Assembly: GCA_964247055.1 (NCBI GenBank)
Contig: OZ176051.1
Location: 12,586,001-12,650,000, forward strand
Direction: 5' to 3'
DNA length: 64,000 bases
Origin: Paragordius varius
Lineage: Eukaryota; Animalia; Nematomorpha
Shown: piece by piece, positions 35,400 to 49,675 of the stretch
Layout: every line of letters starts with the position of its first letter
How positions within the stretch are numbered: the first letter of the stretch is position 1
Translations under genes and position numbers: made by a program
Notes under the pieces: generated by a model
What the model was told of the DNA's origin: nothing
The model's database searches: none
Seen by the model: the letters and a program-made list of their open reading frames with translations, nothing else

Positions 35400-36330
35400 T
35401 TGAGGCGACCTAATACGTTATTTAGATTGTTAATGTGCTCACTTTCCATCTTATCATAGAACGTCAAAATACACACAAGTTTCCGGACTGTCATCTATCA
35501 CCTGTTCCATCACCCGTCAAAAATGATGGGTGTCGTGGCCAGTTCAAACGGCATGCGTTTATATCTAAAAAAAACCTTGTGTCGACCACTGGCATCTGGA
35601 GGTACACGAAGTATTTTCTCCATCAGACATTTCAAAAAATATTTATCCTTTTTTCGTCATTTTTTAATGGCATTTTTATGGCTTGTGAGCTGGAACTTGA
35701 TGTGTTAATAATGCTTCCCAGATATGTATGTTCGTTCGCCTCGATTATTTCGTTATTTATTCGTAGCGAAAAGGTATAAAGGAGTTGGTGCGTTAGATTT
35801 TGGTGTTGCTGATAATCAGTGTTTTGTAATTTTTGCACACATTTATAAAAGCGCGAAGACTGTTTTTGAGGTTTGTTTGTGAATTGGTTACTGTGTCGTC
35901 GGTATAATGGAGAGTCGTCAGAGTGCGACCCCCTACTTTTATTCCTGAAAGATTGCCCTCGTGATACATTCTAGATAGATGTTGAACAACATTAGAAATA
36001 AAAGGCAGCCGTGAGGTAAACCTGTATTCATTGGGCTCCAAGCGGTCTGTCCGTGCAGGTACTAAATTATAGGAATGAATTGATATGCTGATTTTTATTA
36101 AAAGCGTGTATTATGGCTTTCCAGAGAATTTTTCGGTTGATATCGAGGGATTTATAGAGAGCCACGAAGCATGATGTAGATCATTTCGGTATTTACATTT
36201 TTTTTCCATTTATTTATAATATGTTGTAGTAGATGATGACTCGGCATCCACTTTTTCCAAAACCTGCCTGTGTCATTGAGATCTCAAGGTTGGCATAGGT
36301 TTTCCAACGATTTGGTGTTATTTTTGAAAC
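35400..36330 (-). pseudogene. Old non-LTR retrotransposon RT remnant
   Basis: GIKVGGRTLTTLHYTDD and EHTYLGSIIN fragments; shared with 54640-55490. Confidence 0.75.
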
Positions 36331-37944
36331 TTAGAACCCGAAAAAACATTTTACAGTTACCCTCTAAAGTATTGTTACAGTTTTAACGGTATCTAGTCCT
36401 GAATGCACCAAAATATCTTTTTTCTCATAGTTTCAACTAACCATAAAGCTTATTTCTTAACAAACCAACATTTTTTTAAAAACACACTCTACACATCATT
36501 TATTCCTGTTGGCCGACTTCCGAGCGACTGGACGGGTCTGGCCTGCACTAGCACATAAAACCCAAAAAAATGAAAATGCAAGATACACATCTTTATTTCA
36601 GACCTTCGATTCGAATTGGGGTAGGGGACTTCATGCCTCTTTAGAATCAATATTTTTAAAAATCTGGAACGAATTAAAATGTTAAATATGATTTAAAAGA
36701 TTAGTTTAATTTACGGTTCAAATAAACACAATATTTTGAAAAATTCAAAATAATAGCGTCGAAGTAGTGTGATATGCTTTTTTTCAAAAATAAATTTTAT
36801 TTAGATATTTTGGTTTATTTATAAAAATTTTTATGGATAGAAGCTTTAAATTGGATTTTTACGAGTCTTTTGGTTAAAGAAGTAGGCAAAACCAATATCA
36901 ATTAAACTAATTAAGACGGTCCGTTTTAAATTCATGCTTCTTTCCTAATAAAGATTATATAAATAAGCTAAATTTATATTTGGAAATAAGGTTCCATATC
37001 ATATTTCTTCGATGCAATTTAATTTTGCAACATTTTTGCAAAAATGCTTTTTAATTCTAACGCTAAAATTAAAGTTAAGCTATTAAAAAAACACATCTAA
37101 CAATTACATAAACAAAAAAGTGATTTATTTTGCATTATTTTTATATTAGCTACACATATGTCTTGTTGGATTTTTACCTCCAGGTTTATCCATAAAATAA
37201 GTGATATTAAATTTTTTATTAACCCCATTTTTATAATTTGTTGTATCAATGTTTAAATGCTTTTGTGGTTTTAATTTATTCCGTATTTCTTAAATTTTTT
37301 TACTTTAAACACGCTTGGAGTCCATAACGACCCACTCGAAGGAATGAATTGAATGTGTTGTATTCAAGTGTTAAAATAATTATTAATTGAATCATTATTG
37401 TTATATGAAATAATTAGGGTTTTAGTATTCTTCCCTATTCACTTCATGGTTTATTGAAGCGATTTACGGACATTATGGCTTTATAACTAATGATTTTACA
37501 AATCATTAGAAAACTGGCCTTTGTCCTTAACGCATTTTCATGCCCAAGCCAACATTGCGTGAATGAGGCAATAGAACTTTCTAGGCTTAACCGAAAACGA
37601 TGAATATTTTATAAATCAGGGTTTTAAAAATGGGTTAAATTAAATTTTGTATTATTTTTACAAACACTAAATAACAACAACTATATTTGGATATCTATAT
37701 ACTGGTAGAGGTATTTTTTAATACAATATATAGATAAATTTAATTTTACCTAGATAATCTCTCTAATGGCTGTTATGCTTTGTTTTTTATCATTTAATTT
37801 TATTTTATTATAATATTGGAGGGCATGTACGTATATTATTAAATTTTGTTTTACTAAAACTAGCCTATACTGACCCATATTTCATTATTATATTTTTATA
37901 TATCGATTTCTTTATCTTCGGCAAAAATTTAATATTAGAAAACG

Positions 37945-38831
37945 ATGATTTTCAATATTTTGCGCATAGGTTTCTATGGTTTGACCATCATAGGATTTAC
38001 ATTTTTAATTGGATATATAAGCTCCCGTAAGAAAGTACGAGATCAAGTATGGTGGAAGTCAAAACAATTCGCATGCCATATAATATTCTTAATTCTACAC
38101 ATAGCTATTTTCATTACAAGCTTGTTAATGCATATTAAACCGAAATTATGTATGATTGGAAAGCGGATATCCTTTATCCAACAGACGGTCTTAGTTTTAA
38201 TGGGTATAATAAAATTCGTTTTAGTTAATGATACAATGATCAAATGTATAACACTTAAACCATCATTAAAATATTCAAATCCATATTTAATTCGATAGCC
38301 ATAGTTTTATTTGTTTTAATTGGTTCCAGAATATTGGCTGCTTTGATTCGATCACCTGATTTTTTAAAGTATGATAGGAAAAAAATACCCCGGTCTATAT
38401 ATTCGCAAAAAATTTCTCTAACTCTAATTTTAAAACGCATTGAGTTTGTTATATTTTTAATGATTACGATATTATTGGCCTTTATGGTTTTAATGCAAAA
38501 GTACCGAATTCGTAATCAAGTTAACTGTACTCAATCAACCCAAAATGTTGAAAGAAAAAATTGTTCCACAGCTATACACCATTCATCCGATCGAGAAATC
38601 AATAGAGAAAATGAAGTAGTATTAACAACGGAGCGACCACAAAAATGTTTATATGCCAGTGAATATAAAAGCAGTTTAATTGTCATCTTCGGTTGCTTTA
38701 TGTTCATGGAAATAACTCATATCATTCTGACTCTTATCCTGATAAAAGGTGCATATATGATTATAACTTTTTTGCAAAATCTAGAAATTGTATTGGCATT
38801 GTTATGGCAACCTCTCGTACCTAAAATATAA
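37945..38831 (+). pseudogene. Orphan 7TM-like membrane protein gene B copy 1, 1-bp deletion at ~38275
   Basis: Track ORFs 37945-38298 and 38334-38831 join by restoring one T (CATTT in copy 2). The merged ~295 aa sequence has about seven hydrophobic segments and a Cys at the start of TM3. Confidence 0.72.
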
Positions 38832-39116
38832 AATTATTTGTGTTAAACGTCGTACCAATAAATGTTGTATCTAAATTATAATTCGATTCTCGATGTTATT
38901 GATAGCATAAAATTAGGATAATAATTGAAAATAATGTCTATCTTATCAAATATTAATATTATACTGAGATATTGATATAAATTTACATTTAAATTTTAGA
39001 TATTAAATATACAATTTTTAAATCTCCGTATAGTATAGTAAAAATTTACCTATATATTTGGCTTTATTAAATTATAAATACGTGTGCAAATAAATACAAA
39101 GTGCAAATAAATTTTA

Positions 39117-40173
39117 TTAAACAGATAGGACAAATAATCTATTATACAGCAATTGGTATGGTAATAACAACATTGATAATATGATATCTATCAAGTTTAA
39201 TACGTAACATAAAATTGTTAAATAAAAATTATTAAATCTTTCCACCAAAATTATTATTGTATATATAAACATGTGAACAGCGGATAGTGTTAACAAAATA
39301 TTTATTAAGTTGCGGGCTTGTAAGTATTTTTTTTAATTTCAAAAAGGTATTAGATAAAATATTATTGGTGTCATTTATGGGGGTTACCGTGGCACTATTA
39401 AAAAGTGAAAGGGCATTCCGTATTAATCCACCATTCATATTCTGAATGCGTCTTAAATGAATTCTTTTAACTGACAAAAACCACACAGCTCCGAAGAAGA
39501 ATGACAGGCTTTGCGTAAAACTTCCATATCTTATTAAATCAGTTATAGTGGTCATTCGATACGGTAATTTATATATAATAAACATTGGAATGACACCAAA
39601 TGTATGGTTATTTGAAAAACTTAAAAAGTAATACGGTTCGTTTTCAGTAAATGGTTGTATGTAGTGATGTAAGATGGTCAAATGTTTGTTGCCATAATCA
39701 TGGTAATCACTTATATTATGATGCGATTGAACAGCCCTATTTAACGTTACAAAATATCCAGACATTAGGATTACGTAAAAGGATACAAAAATAGCATATT
39801 GAAAGTAAATGAACCCCATTAAACATTTATATAGCCGACGACCTATAAGCATACACCTCAGATAAATGTTAGATAAAATGAAGTCCCTAATCACAATTCG
39901 AATTTGCAACAGTATTTCGGCCACGAAACGATTTAAATACCATGTATAAGGATAACACTCCCAAAATAATGGATTTAATTGAATAAGAGCGTTTTGAATA
40001 TTGGATATAATTATTGCGATACTAATGGCGATATAGAATACAATCAGTAATATTGGGCCCTTATTTTTGTTCAGGAGTTGTTTTTTAGCCATCTTCCAAG
40101 TTACAAGGGGTATCACAACAGTCAAAATTGTGAGAAAACATATATCCAAAGACAGTAACCATTTTATTAACAT
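39117..40173 (-). pseudogene. 7TM-like gene A copy 2, 1-bp insertion in a T8 run at ~39327-39334
   Basis: Length 1057 versus 1056 expected. Copy 3 has T7 at the same place and reads through. Confidence 0.8.
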
Positions 40174-40709
40174 GAGACTCCAATTATTTTTTAAAAACTA
40201 TTTTTCTTTAAAAATAAACTAATTATATAATATTGGGTAAGTGATAGAATACAGAATGTTCATGATGCAGTTAATCGTTTTAGCCTATTAATATATCGAA
40301 TCAACAAGCATCGTAAATCTTATTTCATCATTAATAAATTACACAATATTATATTAAAAATGAGAAACATGGCTACATATTTTTCCCCTAATTTTTTCTG
40401 AATGAACTTCTTTAGCACAATATTCTATGTAATTATATCGTATCATATTTATTTTTTAGATTATTAATAAGCAACGAAATATTTGTTGTATCAAGTTCAG
40501 CCAACGTTAGTTTTAAAATTAAAATGGTTTTTTATTAATGAATTAGATTAGCTTATAAAGAAAAGTATTATTATCAAAATAATTTATTATTAATCAAATA
40601 TTTATTAAATCGTTGCATATATCAAATTGCCTGGTAAAATTATTATCATGCGTTTATTATGAATGTTAAAATGTCATGATTAGACGTAATACAGTCGTGA
40701 ACTTAGTGA

Positions 40710-40747
<38 letters not shown>

Positions 40748-40775
40748 GATGACTACCCGGATCATGGTTCATGGG

Positions 40776-43700
40776 TAGGGTGACTAGATGTCCCGCTTTT
40801 AACGATTTTATAAAAAAAAATTTTTTATACATTTAAATTTTTTATAAAAAAAATTTTTTTTATACATTTAAATTTTTTATAAAAAAAATTTTATCCGTTT
40901 AAATTTTTTATCATTAGTTATCTTTAAAATCCATATCAATTTTAAATTTAAATTTTTTATTTTTTTAAAATTTTTTAAATTTTTCATATTTATATCATAT
41001 AATTATACACTTTACCTCCTACTCCTACTGTCAACATTATCAAAAAGATAAATGAATACCACAAATAGGTGGTTTATACGTTTACTCCAGAAAATTAAGG
41101 TTATTAAATATTTTTATATACTAATATTTTAGTTATATTACCTGCCAACATTATCAAAAACACAAATTAATAACATAATCGGTAGCTAATACGTTTACTC
41201 CAGAAAATTAAGGTAATATAATATTTTTTATACTAATATTAGTTTAAAAATATGAGTACAAAAAGAGGTTGTAAATACGATGAATTAATGAAAGAATTTC
41301 CTTTTATCCAAAAAACGAAGAATGAATCATTTGTAAAATGTTCTTTATGCGAGATGGAATTCGCCCTAGCACATGGCGGCAAGCATAATATTACAAAGCA
41401 TAGAAAGACAGAAACATAGAAAATGTTTAGATTTGGCGGCATAATCTTACAAAATGAGCAATTTTTATCGAAAAACCGCTTTTGGAGCGGAAGAAAATAA
41501 TTTGGCACTAGCCGAAGGCGTTTTATCTTTTCACACCGTTAATCACAATCAGTCCTTTAGATCTATGGATTGTACCTCACATTACATGTACCCGTACAAA
41601 GGCTGAAGCCTTTGTATGCAAGTCCTTCGCCACCATTTTCTAAAATACAAAAAGATTTGCTGAAAATTACTTTGATATCGCTATACTCTGATGCATTAAA
41701 TCACAAGGAAACAAAATTATTTCCCACTTTAAAAGATATTTTGATCCAGAAACCTGAGTAAAAATTTAAAATTTTAGATTTTATTTCTCTAACCGGTGAA
41801 AATTCCGACATAATTTTTACTTCAATAATGAATATAGAATAAAATAATTTAAAAGACAAAATCATCGCATATTGCGCTGACAACACTAATACGAACTTCG
41901 GTGGAAAAGCAAGGAAGGGAACAAAAAATATTTTTCATAAATTAGCAGATAATCTTAATCAAAACATTATTGGCGTTGGGTGTGCAGCGCATAAAATACA
42001 CAACGCTATTCAAACAACTGTTGATTTGTGACCCTTAGATGTGGAAAATATAGATGTTAAAATATATTTCTTTTTATATATATACACGGTACGTTTTGAA
42101 ACGCTTAGGAATTCTGTGAAAATGCAAAATTCAATATCAAAAAATGCTTGTGTAAACTCGTTGGTTAGTTTGCCAGCAATCGAAAGAATTTTAAAAATCT
42201 AAGCTACTTTAAAATCCTATTTTTTATCACAGGACAAATGTCCTATAACTTTAGAAAAGTTTTTTGAAAGTGAATCTTCAAAAATATGGTTAGAGTTCCT
42301 ACATAATCAAGCTTCTCTCTTTCAAAATGTTATTAATTTGATAGAAGGTGACAAAATTTCGTCAATCGAAGTAGCCAATGAAGAACCTAAAATTCCAATG
42401 TCAAGAAAGGTTAGAAAATATTTTATACCATTAACCATCCGCAATATTTAAATAACTTAGTAAAACAAGTAATACGCCAACATTTCCTGTACCATATAAA
42501 AATGTTTTATACAAACTGTAAAGATTATTTGGAAGCTGGACGGTGCAATTCAATGAAATTGATCATTTTCATTGGATAACATTAAAACCAGAATTTAATT
42601 GCTGCGATGTTCAAAAATCATTTGATTACATCTGCTCCCAAAAATTTCTAAAAAGTAATCTTTCAGAAAAGGATCTTTTTTTCTGAAGTATCATTAGTTA
42701 AAAAATATATTAATAATAAAAAACTTAAATTATGGACAACAGAAATACAGTAGAAAAGAAATGGTTGGGAATATTTCATCATTTTGAAACAAACTATGTT
42801 CCATATATTTTAAAAATTGTAGAATTCGCATTTATCTGGAACCAACGCTGCTATTGAGCGCGTTTTTTCCACAGTAAATCAGGTAGACATCGGAAAAATC
42901 AAATATAAATGTTAAAACTTTAAAGGCTATCTTATCTGTCAAATATAAATTGACAAATTCTTGTGAAGAATTCTACAATATTTTAAAAAATGATGACAAT
43001 CTGCTAAAACGCATACACTCAAATATAAAATATACCAAAGAATAAAATATTTTCTTATCTACAAAGTTTTTGTGTTAAAAAATAAAAAAATTACTTAAAA
43101 TATTGTATAAGTCTTCATGATAATTTGTCAAATTATATTTGACTTTTAAAGTTTCAACATTAAAATTTGATTTTTCCTTGTCCCCAGTTGTACTGTGGAA
43201 AAACGCGTTCAATAGCAGTGGTTCCAGAAGATAATGCAAATTCTACAATTTTTAAAATATTATTGTATGGAATATAGTTGGTTAAAAATAATTAAAATAT
43301 CTAAGCATAATAACAACTACATTTTCCTCATCAGGGGTAACAAATCAGCAGCTGTCTACCAATAATGTTTTGATTAAGATTATTCGCTAAATTATTAATA
43401 ATATTTTTTGTGCCGCTCCTTGCATTTCCACCCAGCGTACTTTGCGATGATTTTGTCTTTTAAACTATTTTTTTCCAGAATATTCCTTATTGAAGTAAAA
43501 TTTATGTCAATTTTCACTATGTAGAGAATGAGGTTGGAAAGTAATTTTGTGCATCAGAATATAGCGATATGAAATTTATTTTCTGCAAATCTTTTTCTAT
43601 TTCAAAAAATGCATGTGGTGAAAGGACATTGCATACAATCGCTCACCCTTTGTTCGTGCACATGTAAATTTATTGAATAAGGTACGAATAAACTGAGACC

Positions 43701-43857
43701 AAGGAATAAAATATTTAATATATTTATAATGTATTTGTGTTAAAAATAAATAAATATTACAATAATTTTTTTAAATAAAAATTTTTGGTTGGACCCCCCA
43801 TGCCCCCCCTTTCTCAGATTTGTCCCGGTTTTTCCTTCAAAAACTCTGTTCACCCTA
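40776..43857 (+). mobile_element. hAT-Blackjack-type element X with internal inverted transposase copy
   Basis: Ends TAGGGTGACTAGATGTCCCGC / CTCTGTTCACCCTA; perfect 8-bp TSD TTCATGGG. Empty site at ~12958. Confidence 0.92.
41252..43045 (+). pseudogene. Blackjack-type transposase, heavily frameshifted
   Basis: MSTKRGCKY...FVKCSLC start, DNTNTNFG, GVGCAAH, ERVFS, ending YTKE-stop. Confidence 0.85.
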
Positions 43858-45165
43858 TTCATGGGTATATTTACAAATAGTTTATAAAGATTTTACCAAT
43901 TTATGGCTATCGTTTAAAATCAAAATTTACATGGGCACAAAAAATGTGTTTGACTCAAACCGAAACAGATTTTTGTGAAAAGACCACTCAATATTTTAAA
44001 ATTATGATAACGGAATCATTTAATCAAAAATCTTAGGTGATAGAAAGAATGGTATGGAAAAAATATTTAATACTAAAGTGTTTATACCGTTTGTAACAAG
44101 CTTCAACCATATACATAGGGTATAAAATCGCGAGTTAAAAATATCCCTGATAATATATAAATTCTGATAGAAAAATGTATTCGGATTATCATGGTGCTTT
44201 TGGTTTTGCCCTTAGGAGGGATTTAAGAAAGTTATTTACACTTTTGTGGATGCCCCATATCAGAAAATTACAAAATTTGCGCAAATTTTATTTTTTTTGG
44301 TGAAAGCTAATGCTCATTTCAAAAGATCACGCTAGATCATAAACTACTTTAAAAAGCAAAACAATAATTTAAAAAATTACAATGTTTAAATGAGGCCTTT
44401 AAATGTCCCATATGTTGCGGTCTATGGTGTAATTTACTTAAAACGTTAAAATGCCCCGAATGCGAGATAAAAATTTAAGTACCAGCTAAATTTTGTTACA
44501 ATTAAAACTTTATACAAATACATACTTATTTCAAAAATTTAATTTTAATTTGGTCAAAGTGTGTTTGATACTATTTTGAGAAACGTTTCAAAATTAAAAA
44601 AATCTTAAACTATAAAACACTTCTTATTTATAATTCGATGAAGTTGAACAATCGCTTAAGAATTTAATTTAAATCATTCCTTTCAAATTATAGCATGTAA
44701 AAAACACATTTTATATTTAAATACGTTTGGAGACGACTAGATATATTTAATCAAAATGAGTGGATATGAATTTTCAGCATCATCGAATTATCAAAGTTTA
44801 GCCTATATCTATAATTATTATTGCGCAATCTCGGTCTTTTTGTTTTTTTAAAAAAACTACCCATTTTACAATAGTTAAAAAATTTGGGACTTCTGGAGTC
44901 CATAAAATTTAAAATTTTAAAAAATATTTTGCTTTATATATGTGATTTTGATATATTTCGGTGATATTTTTTGGAATTAAGGATTTAGCTTTTACTATAA
45001 ATTTTTTTTACAATAAGGGCAAACTTCGCCATTTTTTGGAAGGAGCACCAAAAGTTAAATACCTTCACTCATAAAGGTAAAAATCAAAAACATCAATAAA
45101 ATTATGATACATTTTCCTATTATATATTTTTCATCAGGATATCTTTTGTTTACAATGGGTATAGC

Positions 45166-48100
45166 TAAGGTGACCAGATTTTTTGAAGGAAAAAGCGGGA
45201 CAAATCTGAGAAGGGAGTGGGTCATTGGGGGATACAACCAAAAAATTTTATACAAAAAATTTATTGTAATATTTATTTATTTTTAACAAAATACATTATA
45301 AATATAAAAAAATTTGTACCTCACAGGTTGTTTGTACCTTATTCAATAAATTTCCATGCGCACGAACAAAGGGTGAAGTTATTTTAATATTTTAGAAAAA
45401 AATAATAAAGACAAAATCATCACAAAGTGCGCTGGGTGATGCAAGAAGCGGCACAAAAATATTTTTAACAATTTAGCGAATAATCTTAATCAAAACGTTA
45501 TTGGCAGATACACAACGTTCAAACAGCTACTGATTTGTTACCCCTGGATGTGGAAAATATAGATGTTAAAATGCTTGAATATTGTAGAACTGTTGGTAAG
45601 CTCTTTTGCCAGCGATTGATATATTTATAAAAATGTGATCTCCCAGAATCCTATTTTTTATCACAGGACAAAGGTCAAAATTCCAAGTCAAAAAAGGTTA
45701 GAAAATAATTCTATACCATTACCTAATCGCAATATTATAAAGCATCCAGAAAAACAAGGCGCAATGAATAGCCAGAATTTAAAAATGTTTTATACAAACA
45801 GAAACGATTATTTGGAAGACAAGACGGTGCACAATGACACTTTTTGATGAAGTCTCATTATTAAATAAATATATTGAATGAAAACTTATATTATGGACAA
45901 CAGAAAAAAATACGTAGGATAGAAATGGTTAAAATAATCATTTTTAAACAAATTATGTTCCATACAATATTATTTTAATTGTAGAATTTGCATTATCTTT
46001 ACCTGAACCACTGCTATTGAACGCGTTTTTCCACAGTAAATTAAGTAAGGACACGGAATCAAATTTAAATGTTGAATAAAAGCCATTTTGTGTGTTCAAA
46101 TATAATTTGACAAATTATGAAGACTTATACAATATTTTACGTGGTTTATTTTTTTACACAAAATTAAAGAAAATATTTTATTCTTTGGTATATTTCTTGT
46201 TTGAGTGAATGCGTTTTAGCAGATTGTCATCATTTTTTAAAATATTGTAGAAGTCTTCACAAGAATTTGTCAAATTATATTTGACAGATAAAACGGCCTT
46301 TAAAATTTCAACATTTAAATTTAATTTTTCCGATGTCCACACCTGATTTACTATGGAAAAAACGCGCTCAGTGGCAGCGTTGGTTCCAGGTAAAGATAGT
46401 GCGAATTACACAATTTTTAAAATATTATTGTATGTAATATAGTTGGCTTCAAAATGATGATATATTTCCAACCATTTCTTTTCTACTGTATATTTTCTTT
46501 TGTCCATAATTTAAGTTTTTCATTATTAATATATCTTTTAACTAATGATACTTCAGAAAAAAGATCATTTTCTGAAAGATTACCTTTTGATAAATTTTGG
46601 GAGCAGATATAATCAAATGATTTTTGAACCTCGCACCAATTAAATTCTGATTTTAATGTTATCCAATGAAAATGATCAATTTCAATGAATTGGGTCGTCC
46701 AGTCTTCCAAATAATCTTCACAGATTGTATAAAACATTTTTATATGGTACAGGATATCTTGGCGATTTATTAAGCCTTGTTTTTCTAAATTATTTATTAT
46801 ATTGCGGATGGTTAATAGTATAAAATTATTTTCTAACCGTTCTTGACATTGGAATTTTAGGTTACTAACTTCATTGGCTACTTCGATTGCCGAAATTTTG
46901 TCACCTTCTATAAATTTAATAACATTTTGAAAGAGAGAAGTTGGATTATGTAAGAATTCTAACCATATTTTTGAACAATCACTTTCAAAAAACTTTTTTA
47001 AAGTTGTAGGACATTTGTCCTGTGATAATGAAAAAGATTTTAAAGGATCATACATTTTTAAAATTCTTTCGATAGCTGGCATAAAAGCTAACCAACGAGT
47101 TTTACAATATCCAAGCATTTTTTGATATTGAACTTCTGCATTTTCACAGAATTCTTTAAGCGTTTCCTACCTATATAAAAAAATAGGATTATATTTTAAC
47201 AACTACATTTTCCACATCTAGGGGTAACAAATCGTTTGAATAGTGTGCATTATATGCGCTGCACACCCAACGCCAATAATGTTTTGATTAAGATTATCTG
47301 TTAATTTATGAAAAATATTTTTTTGTTCCTCTCCTTGCTTTTCGACCAAAGTTCATATTGGTGTTGTCAGCGCAATATACGATAATTTTGTATTTTAAAT
47401 TATTTTTTTGCATTATTGAAGTAAATATTATTTCGGAATTTTCACCGGGTAAGGAAATTAAATCTAAAATTTTAATTTTTACTCCGGTTTCTGAATCAAA
47501 ATATCTCATCAAAGTGGGAAATAATTTTGTTTCATGGTGATTTGATGCATCAGAGTATAGCGATATGGAATTAATTTTCAGCAAATCTTTTTGTATTTCA
47601 GAAAATATATGTGGCGAAAGGACATTGCACACAATGGCTTTAGCCTTTGTACGGGCACATGTAAATTTTTTATGGAATAACGTGCGAATAACTTGTGAGG
47701 TACAGTCCATAGATCTAAAGGAATGATTGTGATTAACGGCCTGAAAAGATAACACGCCCTCAGCTAGTGCCAAATTCTTTTCTTCCTCTCCAAAAGCGGT
47801 TTTTCAAAAAAATCGCTCATTTTGTAAGATGATGCCGCCATATCTAAAAATTTTTTATGTTTCTGTGTTTCCATATGCTTTGTAATATCATGCTTGCCGC
47901 CATGTGCTAGGGTGAATTCCCCCTCGCATATAAGACATTTAACAAATGATTCATTCTTCGTTTTTTTAATAAAAGGAAAATCCTTCATTAATTCATCGTT
48001 GAATTTACAACCTCTTTTTGTGCTCATATTTATAAACTACTATTAGTATAATAAATATTATATTACCTTAATTTTCTGTGATAAACGTGTAAGGTACCGA

Positions 48101-48588
48101 TTTGTGGTATCAATTTGTCTTTTAAGCTACCGATTTGTGGTATTAATTTGGCTTTTTAATAATGTTGACAAGTAATAAAACTAAAATATTAGTATAATAA
48201 ATATTATATTACCTTAATTTTGTGAAATAAACGTGTAAGGTACCGATTTGTGGTATCAATTTGTCTTTTAATCTAGAGATTTGTGGTATTAACTTGGCTT
48301 TTTGATAATAATGACAGTAGTAGTAGGAAGTATAGTGTATAATCACATGATATAAATTCGAAAAAATAAATATTTTTAATTTAAAATTAAAAATTTTAAT
48401 TTAAAATTGAATAGAGTTTAAAGATATTTAATGATAAAAAATTTAAACGGACAAAAAAAATTTATTTGTATTAAAAAAAAATTTTTTTTATATAATCGTG
48501 AAAAAGCGGGACATTTAAAAACGTAGCGGGAAGCGGGACAAAGTGTGAAAAAGCGGTCCCGCCAAAAGCGGGACGTCTGGTCACCTTA
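45166..48588 (-). mobile_element. hAT-Blackjack-type element Y with internal inverted transposase copy
   Basis: Ends TAAGGTGACCAGA / TCTGGTCACCTTA; perfect 8-bp TSD GGTATAGC. Empty site at ~24005. Confidence 0.93.
46178..48027 (-). pseudogene. Blackjack-type transposase, frameshifted
   Basis: Track ORFs 47764-48027 (CLICEGEFTLAHGGKHDITKH), 47306-47773 (SLYSDASNH, CADNTN) and 46483-47118 (KTRWLAFMPAIERIL). Confidence 0.9.
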
Positions 48589-49625
48589 GGTATAGCTCAT
48601 TTCACCAAAATTTTGCTATAAATAAACTTTTTATACGATATTTTTACTTTTTCGGAAAATATTTATCGCACAATATCGATTTAGCGCTTATATAGTTTTT
48701 TTGAGTGAAGCAGATTAGTTAGCTTTCACCAATATTTGTTAAAAGAAATTCTGATATGGAAAACTGGTAACAGCTTTCTAGGCACCACCAAAAGCACCTG
48801 AACATCCTGATATTATCTACAGAGCCATATATTTTATCAGAATAACATTTTTTGTTTACTCTGTATGCACAAAATGGGAATCATTAATATTTTCTTAAAA
48901 TGGAGTTTTTCAATCATACAAAATATTTTATGTTGTTTTATACTGTAAAAAAAGTTAAGATTTTACACAATCGGATCGAATTTTAAAAAATATGAGGAGG
49001 TGCTTATCGAGATAATAATATAAATATCCTAAAAATACTAATTCTTTGTTTTCATAATCTGTTCAAATAGTGCAAAATTTACTTATTTAAAATATAAAAG
49101 ACGAAAACTATGCTTTTTAAAAAAAAATATTTAGATTATTTTAAAATTTAGTTTTAGTTTAATTTAAAAAAAATAAATCCAATTAACCAAGTCCGAAAAT
49201 TTTAATTATTTACTTAACATATTTAAAAAGTGTCTGCCACCAATTATTCAATTATTTTTAATATATTCTCACTTCTACAGCATTTGAACATTTATAGTTT
49301 GTCTTTGCGCATTTTAGAGTGTTCATAAATAACACCTTAAGTTATTTTTAAGCATTTGAGTTGGTGCTTAAACATTCGAACATTTTAAGATACTGATTTT
49401 ATTTTTATTTAATTTCAATATACATTAATCCAAATTTTTAAATCCTTTTTTTCATTCATTAAATAAAAAACAAATAGATTTAAAAAAATTTAAATAAAAA
49501 ATATTAATAAATACCGATATCAGGTAAAAAACTTGTAAGATGGCACATGTAAAAGGAGATATTTATTGTATATAAAATAAAAAAAAAGGTTCGTAATATA
49601 TAAAAAATATATATCACATCGGGCT

Positions 49626-49675
<50 letters not shown>

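Larger units (their letters stand above)
11168..38963. repeat. Tandem segmental duplication unit 1 (~13.0 kb once insertions are removed)
   Basis: Colinear with 38964-58239 after removing 13179-22824, 25012-27496 and 27625-30319. Homology to the other units begins at CT(A/G)AGATATTGATATAAATTTACA. Confidence 0.9.

Noticed and set aside
36590-36640. TTCGAAT B-box-like motif (also ~55790) suggesting a tRNA or SINE
   Set aside because: No A-box at suitable spacing, no cloverleaf and no TSD or tail that I can support.
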